From contig CAMBFC010000004.1 in the NCBI GenBank assembly GCA_945865905.1, positions 20,553 through 84,552 on the forward strand: a DNA stretch of 64,000 nucleotides, read 5' to 3'. The translations under genes were made by a program, and so were the position numbers. Source of the stretch: Rickettsia typhi (lineage in GTDB: Bacteria; Pseudomonadota; Alphaproteobacteria; Rickettsiales; UBA1997). Positions 1-6,710 of this stretch are shown in pieces. The notes beneath the pieces are model-generated. The model searched no databases. It was not told the origin of the DNA and saw only the letters and a list, made by a program, of their open reading frames with translations. Numbering within the stretch: the stretch's first letter is position 1; every line of letters begins with the position of its first letter.

Positions 1-392
1 CGGGCCTCCTCCCTAGTAGGGCCACCCTCATCTTCACTTTTAAGCCCAGAAGAATATGTTGTAACTTCGCGCTGAATAGGGGAGGACGCAAGTGTTCCAT
101 CTTCGTTTACAGCTATAGGATTATCGTATTGATCAATAAGATTTTTTTTGTAATCTCTTGCTAACTTGACGCCAGGTTTAAACCACTTCTTGGCAAGCAT
201 CTCATCATGGCAAGTATGAACACGCAAATCCGTTCCATCAAAATCATCCATTTCAAAATCTTTTCCCAGGGCCTTAGCCTCTTGGATTGCTTTGCGCACC
301 ACAGCTTCTTTTGCCTCATATTCTTTATATTCTTTGCGCATTTCTTCTACATTTACATAAAGTGGTTTATTAGTAGTTACTTTTGGAGGCAT
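1..392 (-). CDS. hypothetical protein, N-terminal part (gene continues past the left edge)
   Basis: Hand translation of the minus strand from ATG at 392-390 (MPPKVTTNKPLYVNVEEMRKEYKEY...) stays open to position 2 with no stop. It is not on the ORF track because it is truncated by the edge. No family recognised. Confidence 0.45.
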   Translation of the reverse strand, partial: MPPKVTTNKPLYVNVEEMRKEYKEYEAKEAVVRKAIQEAKALGKDFEMDDFDGTDLRVHTCHDEMLAKKWFKPGVKLARDYKKNLIDQYDNPIAVNEDGTLASSPIQREVTTYSSGLKSEDEGGPTREEA

Positions 393-486
393 AAAAAAAT
401 TATTTAAAATTAAAAAAATATTACAATTCTCACTTATAACACAAAATTGAAGATGATGCAACTAAATTATATCTTCAAGCAAATTA

Positions 487-2064
487 TTAATGTCTAAAAT
501 GTCGCGTTTCAATAAAATAAAGCGCGATATTTTTTGCATCCGCCATTGCAATCACTTCTTCATCTCGAATTGATCCTTGTGGAGCCACGATAGCCTTGAT
601 TCCGGCCGCGGCCGCAATTTCAATATTATCCGCAAAAGGAAAAAACGCATCGCTGGCGAGATAGGCGCCTCTAGCTTTATCAACGGTTTGCGCGCCATCA
701 AAAAAGTTGGCTGCTTTTTTGCAAGCAATCTCGCAAGCATCTACACGACTGGTTTGACCAGCCCCCATCCCCACCGTTTGAAGATCTTGTACAATAACAA
801 TCGCATTTGATTTTACATGTTTGCATGCGGTCATCGCAAAAACCAATTGATCAAGCTCAGTGCTTGATACGCCTAGCTTGCTAGCCTGTTTTAAATCTGA
901 TTTTGTGATATTTTTTTGATCAAGATCTTGCACCAAAAACCCTCCCGAGATAGATTTTATCTGGGTTTGCGAAGATTTTTTAAAATCTGCAATCAATACT
1001 CGAAGATTTTTTTTCGTCGCTAAAATTTCTTGCGCTTTTGCATCAATTTCTTTAGCAATTATCACTTCAAAAAATATCTTAGAAAGCTCTTGTGCCAAGG
1101 CTTCATCAATTTTTCCGTTAAGCGCAACGATTCCGCCAAAAGCTGATTTTGGATCGGCTTGTAATGCTTTTTTATAGGCATTAGATAAATTGTCGCTTAT
1201 TGCTACACCACAGGGATTAGCATGCTTTACGATCACGCAAGCAGGCTGCAAAAATTCCATCGCCAAATTATATGCCGCATCAGAATCATTAAAATTATTA
1301 TAGCTTAATTCTTTGCCTTGAAGTTGATTGGCGTTAACGATTCCACTGGTTGAATTGCTATAAACTGCCGCTTTTTGATGAGCATTTTCGCCGTAGCGCA
1401 AAGATTGCTTTAGCGCGCCTTGAAGTGAAATTTTTTGCACAAAACCATTGCCCTCAACGCGCGCAGCCAAACTATCCATAAAATAATCCGCAATCGCCAC
1501 ATCATAATCAGCGATATTTTTAAAAGCGCGCGCCGCCATGTTTTTTCTAAATTCAAAGCTGGTTGCGCCATTATTTTTTTCTAATTCTTCTTGCAAAAGT
1601 TGATAATCTTGCGCCGCAGTAACCACCGCCTTATAAGCAAAATTTTTGCCCGCAGAACGCACCATTGCTGGGCCGCCAATATCAATATTTTCTATGATTT
1701 CTTCTTCATTATCAGTGCGCGCCAAAGTTTCAACAAAAGGATAAAGATTTATAATTAGCAAATCGATTGATTCAATTTGGTTTTCTGCCGCTTGTTTTTG
1801 GTGAGTTTTATCATCCAAAACACCAAGCAACCCGCCATGAACCTTGGGGTGCAAAGTTTTAACTCGACCATCCATAATTTCAGCAAAACCGGTAAATTCA
1901 GAAATATCTTTGGCGGGGATTTTGTTTTCTTGCAGCAATTTAAAAGTGCCTCCCGTTGAGATAATTTCGATATTTTTTGCTGCTAAATATTTGGCAAGGT
2001 CGACGATTCCTGATTTATCGGAAACTGAGATTAGACAGCGGGAGATTTTTTGTAGGTTTTGCAT
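487..2064 (-). CDS. purH: bifunctional AICAR formyltransferase / IMP cyclohydrolase
   Basis: 525 aa. The N-terminal MGS-like domain (ISVSDKSGIVDLAKYL...STGGT) and the AICARFT C-terminal region are typical of PurH. ATG start. Confidence 0.93.
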   Translation of the reverse strand: MQNLQKISRCLISVSDKSGIVDLAKYLAAKNIEIISTGGTFKLLQENKIPAKDISEFTGFAEIMDGRVKTLHPKVHGGLLGVLDDKTHQKQAAENQIESIDLLIINLYPFVETLARTDNEEEIIENIDIGGPAMVRSAGKNFAYKAVVTAAQDYQLLQEELEKNNGATSFEFRKNMAARAFKNIADYDVAIADYFMDSLAARVEGNGFVQKISLQGALKQSLRYGENAHQKAAVYSNSTSGIVNANQLQGKELSYNNFNDSDAAYNLAMEFLQPACVIVKHANPCGVAISDNLSNAYKKALQADPKSAFGGIVALNGKIDEALAQELSKIFFEVIIAKEIDAKAQEILATKKNLRVLIADFKKSSQTQIKSISGGFLVQDLDQKNITKSDLKQASKLGVSSTELDQLVFAMTACKHVKSNAIVIVQDLQTVGMGAGQTSRVDACEIACKKAANFFDGAQTVDKARGAYLASDAFFPFADNIEIAAAAGIKAIVAPQGSIRDEEVIAMADAKNIALYFIETRHFRH

Positions 2065-2155
2065 TTTTTAATTTGTTGTTTTTGGGGCGCGATTGCTGCA
2101 GGGATTTTAGTAGGTGAATTTAAAAAAGAAAGAAAATATCGCGGCGCTGCCCCTC

Positions 2156-2279
2156 CTCTGCCTCTCAGGCAGTGATGGTCTAGCGAGATTTTATTTGAAC
2201 TTTTGCTGTTTTTTAATAGGGTTGTAAATGAAGGAAATCTTGACTAGAGGGAATTTACCAGCAAAAAATCAAACTCGAC
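2156..2279 (+). repeat. degenerate copy of hairpin-element core A (no mirrored arms)
   Basis: CTCTGCCTCTCAGGCAGTGATGGTCTAG...TTGAACTTTTGCTG matches the left half of the cores at 2338-2410 and 3341-3428. The right end is reduced to ATCAAACTCGAC (2268-2279), and the interior has extra sequence. Confidence 0.4.
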
Positions 2280-2286
2280 AAACTCA

Positions 2287-2461
2287 CAATTCGAGAAAAT
2301 CTCATGGGATAAATTAAGTTGGGGTGGCGGTCCTCTGCTCCTCAGACAGTGATGGTCTAGTCTTGATTTTGGTTAAACTATTGCTATTTTCAGACCATCA
2401 AAACTCGGCTCAGAGGACCGCCACCCCAACTTAATTTATCCCATGAGATTTTCTCGAATTG
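2287..2461 (+). repeat. long hairpin element, core A, 51-bp perfect inverted arms
   Basis: Positions 2288-2337 are the exact reverse complement of 2411-2460 (checked base by base), and 2287/2461 also pair. The 73-nt core contains the inner stem GATGGTCT/AGACCATC. The element ends 4 bp from the parA stop codon. Confidence 0.9.
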
Positions 2462-2465
2462 CCGA

Positions 2466-3260
2466 TCACTCCCCCAAGCTCTCTCGCAACAAAACCTCTT
2501 GCGCCAACTTAATATAAGCCACCGACCCCGGACATTTTGGATCATAAACTATCCCCGGCAACCCATGAGAAGGCGCCTCCGACAATTTAACATTTCGTGG
2601 AATCGAACTTTTAAACACCTTATCCTTCAAAAAACTGCGCACATCAACTTCAACTTGCTCAGTTAATTTATTGCGACGATCATGCATTGTCAGAATTATG
2701 CCGCTAATTTTGAGGTGATGGTTGAGGTTTTCTTTAATAAGATCTAAGCTGGTTAATAAATGACTTAGTCCTTCAAGCGCAAAAAACTCACATTGCATTG
2801 GAATCAAAACCGCATCAGAAGCAACTAAGGCGTTGATAGTTAAAAGACCTAAAGATGGAGGACAGTCAATTATAATAACATCATAATCATGAACCACATC
2901 CTTAAGTGTATTGCGCAAACAAAATTCGCGCTTTTCAATATTTACCAGCTCAACCTCACAAGCCGCAAGATCTACCGTTGAAGTGATTATGTGAAGATTT
3001 GGCAGTTTATGCGGCAATATTACATCACGAATTGATGATTCGCCGATAATAGCCTCGTAGATTGTTTTTTGTCTTTGTGATTGAAAAATACCAAGACCCG
3101 TGCTTGCGTTTCCTTGCGGGTCAAAATCTATTACCAAGGTTTTTTTCTTGATTGCAGCAAAGGCTGTGGCTAAATTTACTACGGTAGTGGTCTTTCCCAC
3201 TCCGCCTTTTTGATTAACTACAGAAAAAACTTTGGCGCGCTTTTGTTGATTTTTTATCAT
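2466..3260 (-). CDS. parA: chromosome partitioning ATPase ParA/Soj
   Basis: 264 aa with the deviant Walker A NQKGGVGKTTT and DFDPQGNAS, giving full-length ParA-family similarity. Confidence 0.92.
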   Translation of the reverse strand: MIKNQQKRAKVFSVVNQKGGVGKTTTVVNLATAFAAIKKKTLVIDFDPQGNASTGLGIFQSQRQKTIYEAIIGESSIRDVILPHKLPNLHIITSTVDLAACEVELVNIEKREFCLRNTLKDVVHDYDVIIIDCPPSLGLLTINALVASDAVLIPMQCEFFALEGLSHLLTSLDLIKENLNHHLKISGIILTMHDRRNKLTEQVEVDVRSFLKDKVFKSSIPRNVKLSEAPSHGLPGIVYDPKCPGSVAYIKLAQEVLLRESLGE

Positions 3261-3275
3261 AGTGTTTTGATTTTT

Positions 3276-3291
3276 TGTTTCATGTGGAACA
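3276..3291. promoter_or_regulatory. parS-like centromere site TGTTTCATGTGGAACA
   Basis: Matches the parS consensus TGTTNCACGTGAAACA at 14 of 16 positions. It lies 16 bp upstream of the parA start. The identical 16-mer occurs inverted at 4444-4459. Confidence 0.6.
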
Positions 3292-3304
3292 TTTTGGTTT
3301 TGGC

Positions 3305-3465
3305 ATTAATTCGGGATAAAGTTTGTTAGAAAGGAGCGCTACTCTGCCTCTCAGACAGTGATGGTCTGGTCTTGATCTTGGCTGAACTTTGGCTGCGTTC
3401 AGCAGGCCATCAAAACTCGATTCAGAGCAGCGCTCCTTTCTCAACAAACTTTATCCCGAATTAAT
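3305..3465 (+). repeat. long hairpin element, core A, 36/37-bp arms
   Basis: Arm ATTAATTCGGGATAAAGTTTGTTAGAAAGGAGCGCT (3305-3340) pairs with 3429-3465 apart from a single 1-nt indel. The core is homologous to 2338-2410. It sits between the parB stop and the parA start. Confidence 0.88.
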
Positions 3466-3483
3466 GTTACTTTTATTTTTAGG

Positions 3484-4413
3484 CTATTGGCTCAATTTTT
3501 TAACTAAATAATAGATCTTATCCAGCTCTGCAAAATCTATAGCGATTTTTCCAGAACTCTTAAACTGATTATAATTAATCCTAACTTTAGTATCTAATAA
3601 TGTAGATAGTTGGTTTTCTAAATCAGCCAAATGGCCAGAATTTATAAACTTAACTTTTGATTCATTACGAACCAAAACTGGATTATTTTTTAATTTCTCA
3701 ACCCTTTCATCACGAGCAACTTCTTCTACCTCTCTAACCGTTAATGCGCTTTCAACAATCTTTTTAGCCAAAGCTTCAGGATCTTTAGAATTGATAATTG
3801 CGCGCGCATGACCCATTGAGATAAGTTTTTTTTCAAGCAATGCATGAACCGATTTTGGCAAAGTTAGCAGGCGCAAAATATTAGCGACATGACTACGACT
3901 CTTGCCAGTTTTTTGTGCAATTTGCTCTTGGCTATAAGAAAACTCATCCATCAATTGTTTATATCCGTAAGACTCTTCGATTAGCGACAGATCTGCGCGT
4001 TGCACATTTTCAATTATTGCAATTTCTAAAGCCTCGTGATTGTTTATTTTTTTGATTATTGCTGGCATTTTTGTTAGGCCAACAATTTTTGCCGCACGAT
4101 ATCTTCTTTCTCCCGCAACAATCTCGTAATATCCCTCTTCATCACTTTTGCGCAAAATTATTGGCTGAATAACGCCATGCTCTTTGATTGAGTGCGCCAA
4201 ATCTTCTAATTCATCTTGATGAAAATTGCGTCTTGGCTGATAGACTCCAGCAATAATTTTTGAAATAGAAACTTCATCAATCGCTATAGAATTTTTTGAT
4301 TGAGGCTGATTTGATACAAAAGATTGAGCGACCAAATTATTTTTTTTACTATCTCCAAGCAATGCCGATAATCCTCTACCAAGCTTCTGATCTTGTTTTG
4401 CTATGTCTTTCAT
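3484..4413 (-). CDS. parB: chromosome partitioning protein ParB/Spo0J
   Basis: 309 aa with LGRGLSALL, the ParB box VAGERRYRAAK and an HTH region. Confidence 0.92.
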   Translation of the reverse strand: MKDIAKQDQKLGRGLSALLGDSKKNNLVAQSFVSNQPQSKNSIAIDEVSISKIIAGVYQPRRNFHQDELEDLAHSIKEHGVIQPIILRKSDEEGYYEIVAGERRYRAAKIVGLTKMPAIIKKINNHEALEIAIIENVQRADLSLIEESYGYKQLMDEFSYSQEQIAQKTGKSRSHVANILRLLTLPKSVHALLEKKLISMGHARAIINSKDPEALAKKIVESALTVREVEEVARDERVEKLKNNPVLVRNESKVKFINSGHLADLENQLSTLLDTKVRINYNQFKSSGKIAIDFAELDKIYYLVKKLSQ

Positions 4414-4443
4414 AATCTATATCTGTTAAATTAAACACCAAAA

Positions 4444-4459
4444 TGTTCCACATGAAACA
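4444..4459. promoter_or_regulatory. parS-like centromere site TGTTCCACATGAAACA
   Basis: Exact reverse complement of the 16-mer at 3276-3291. It lies 31 bp upstream of the parB start. Confidence 0.6.
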
Positions 4460-4519
4460 ATATTGGTCATAAATAATTTAACATTCAAGAATATTTTTTA
4501 ATTAATTATGAACTTACTC

Positions 4520-5314
4520 CTACTTTAAAACATCCTTCATTAAATAAAACCCAGCCTGTTGCCCGCTTCCCCAAATCGCCGCACGAATAGCTCCAGAGGC
4601 AAAAACATTGCGGTTGGTAGCCTTGTGAGTAAGCTCGACCCTTTCACCATCTGCAGCAAAAATAACAGTATGATCACCAATAACATCACCGCCACGAAGC
4701 GTTGCAAACCCAATCTCACCTTTTTTGCGAGGATTATTAACGCCAACACGCTCCATATTTGCAACATCTTTTAAATCAACGCCGCGACCCTTGGCAACAG
4801 ACGCTCCAAGTGATAGAGCCGTGCCAGAAGGCGCGTCAATCTTGTTGCGGTGATGCATCTCTACAATCTCTACATCATAATCTTCACGCAAAATTGCCGC
4901 AACTTTTTCTGCTAAGCTAAAGAGAACATTTACTCCAACTGACATGTTAGAAGACCAGATGATTACTGCTTGCTTGGCATATTCTGCAAGTTTTTGCTTG
5001 TCGGCCTCGGCAAAGCCAGTGGTGCCACAAACAAAAATCTTTTTATGTTCCACAGCTTTTTGAGCGCATTCTAAGCTAAATGCTGGCGAAGAAAAATCAA
5101 TCACCGCGTCGCAGTTTTTGAAAAAACTATCAAGATCAGAGGTTATTTTATAGCCAGTTTTTTCTTGTCCAAGAAACTCACCTAAATCTATGCCATCAAA
5201 ATTGTTGCCTTTGCGAACGAATCCTGCGGTTAGTTCTGCGATTGGGTCTGCAGTGACTAATTCTGCGATTACTTTGCCCATTCTGCCGGAAATTCCTGTG
5301 ACGCCGATTTTCAT
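4520..5314 (-). CDS. dapB: 4-hydroxy-tetrahydrodipicolinate reductase
   Basis: 264 aa with the N-terminal Rossmann motif MKIGVTGISGRMG and EMHHRNKIDAPSGTA, both typical of DapB. Confidence 0.9.
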   Translation of the reverse strand: MKIGVTGISGRMGKVIAELVTADPIAELTAGFVRKGNNFDGIDLGEFLGQEKTGYKITSDLDSFFKNCDAVIDFSSPAFSLECAQKAVEHKKIFVCGTTGFAEADKQKLAEYAKQAVIIWSSNMSVGVNVLFSLAEKVAAILREDYDVEIVEMHHRNKIDAPSGTALSLGASVAKGRGVDLKDVANMERVGVNNPRKKGEIGFATLRGGDVIGDHTVIFAADGERVELTHKATNRNVFASGAIRAAIWGSGQQAGFYLMKDVLK

Positions 5315-5362
5315 ACTATAATATTTTAAGTTTTTATAACGCGTTTATAGATTGTGCCGCAA

Positions 5363-5449
5363 TGATAAATTATGTGTGATTGGAGATCATTTTATTTCGC
5401 GCGCGAGCACAGCTACATAAAATGACCTCCAATCACACATAATTTATCA
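5363..5449 (-). repeat. long hairpin element, core C (GTAG loop read on the minus strand), 33-bp arms
   Basis: Arms 5363-5395 and 5417-5449 are complementary except for one position (plus-strand A vs C, which is U-G on the minus strand). The loop 5396-5416 is TTCGCGCGCGAGCACAGCTAC. Confidence 0.88.
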
Positions 5450-5548
5450 TAACGCACCTCGTAACAAATATCTGTAATAACAAATAAGGCTATTAGTAAT
5501 AAATACAAGTATCAAGTGATGACATGCTCTCAAAACTGGTGCGTTACA

Positions 5549-5629
5549 GATAAATTCTCTACCGCTTATTAATTTTATGTAGCTGTGCTTGCGCGCGAAA
5601 TAAAATTAATAAGCGGTAGAGAATTTATC
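5549..5629 (+). repeat. long hairpin element, core C, 30-bp perfect arms
   Basis: GATAAATTCTCTACCGCTTATTAATTTTAT (5549-5578) is the exact reverse complement of 5600-5629. The 21-nt loop is GTAGCTGTGCTTGCGCGCGAA (5579-5599). Confidence 0.9.
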
Positions 5630-5670
5630 GTGAAAGCAAGATCTATAAACCCCCGCAACCAATAATAAGC

Positions 5671-6576
5671 CTAGTTAACTTTAATATTCCATTTTTTAAC
5701 GAGATAGGCTTCTACGGAATCTCTTTCATTCGTTGTTAATGAGCGATCGAACATTATTATTTCTCCGATTTTTCCTGTGAAGAAATACGAATGATCGGGG
5801 CCTGATCCGATGCTTACGCCGCGAATATTTTGTGTGCCGCCATATGTAGATGCTGCGCTTGTTTGCTCAACTTTATTTGCTCTGGTACTAAGCGTTACAC
5901 CATTTCTTTCGCTGAAAGTAAGTAGGTAAGGAAAGGAGAGGCCGATAAATTGGGAAACGGCACCTATTACAGTTGAGTTTCCAGCATAACCTACTTGATT
6001 TTGCATCATTCCATCGGATCTGATATACATATAAAAGTATCCATCATTTACCATATTTAAAGATTCACTTACACCTACGCTTGATAAAATATATGATGCA
6101 ACACTGGGATTAGTATATTTTGTAATAACAAAAATTGTAAATGAGGTGAGGGAGGCACTTACAGTATTGTCTATATAATCATCAACTCCATCAAAAGATA
6201 GGCAGGGCAAGCCCTTAATACAATTTTCTGTATAGGTTGGTCGATTGCTGCCACTTGAAACCGCATTATATTTAGTGTTGGAAGTTGCATTTAGATCGCG
6301 CCAGGTACTGATTGCAGATCCATTTTCGATATCAACATCAAAACTCTCTTCTGCAGTGGTTTCAACCCAAAACATTATGCCTGTCATTGCATTCATTGGG
6401 GCATTTTGTGTTAACTGGCGCGCTGTTGAAAGCTGATATTTTCTTATTAAGCTACTTGCGTTGGTGACGCCAGCAATAATAATGCCAATAATTAGCAAAA
6501 CTATTGATAATTCAATCAAAGAAAAAGCCTTCTTTCTGGTGAATTTTTCTTTGATAAAATTGGCGATTTTTTTCAT
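5671..6576 (-). CDS. prepilin-type N-terminal methylation-domain protein with LamG/concanavalin-like C-terminal domain
   Basis: 301 aa. The KKAFSLIELSIVLLIIGIIIAG class-III signal/pilin N-terminus is clear. The LamG-type jelly-roll assignment for the C-terminal region (FTGKIGEIIMFDRSLT) is less certain. Confidence 0.7.
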   Translation of the reverse strand: MKKIANFIKEKFTRKKAFSLIELSIVLLIIGIIIAGVTNASSLIRKYQLSTARQLTQNAPMNAMTGIMFWVETTAEESFDVDIENGSAISTWRDLNATSNTKYNAVSSGSNRPTYTENCIKGLPCLSFDGVDDYIDNTVSASLTSFTIFVITKYTNPSVASYILSSVGVSESLNMVNDGYFYMYIRSDGMMQNQVGYAGNSTVIGAVSQFIGLSFPYLLTFSERNGVTLSTRANKVEQTSAASTYGGTQNIRGVSIGSGPDHSYFFTGKIGEIIMFDRSLTTNERDSVEAYLVKKWNIKVN

Positions 6577-6710
6577 TATATTTTAGTAACTATATTTTGC
6601 TTGCAGTTGGACGGCAATTACTTTAATATTTGTACATATGCTGATTATAAACTTTCTCTCGTCAAGAATTTTATAAACAATACTGATTCAAACAATCAAT
6701 AAATTCTAAA

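Noticed and set aside
207-407. Plus-strand 66-aa ORF on the track
   Set aside because: Its translation is F/I/H-rich and implausible. It lies antisense to a clean minus-strand reading frame that starts at 392 and stays open to the window edge, so I call the minus-strand gene instead.
5612-5621. Similarity of the 5549-5629 hairpin (TGTAGCT in the loop, AGCGGTAGAG in the arm) to the tRNA 5' half (TGTAGCTCAGCGGTTAGAG, 46345-46363), suggesting a tRNA-derived SINE-like origin
   Set aside because: The AGCGGTAGAG part lies in the copy-specific stem and is absent from the other two core-C copies. Only the 7-mer TGTAGCT is shared by the family, which is too short to support homology.
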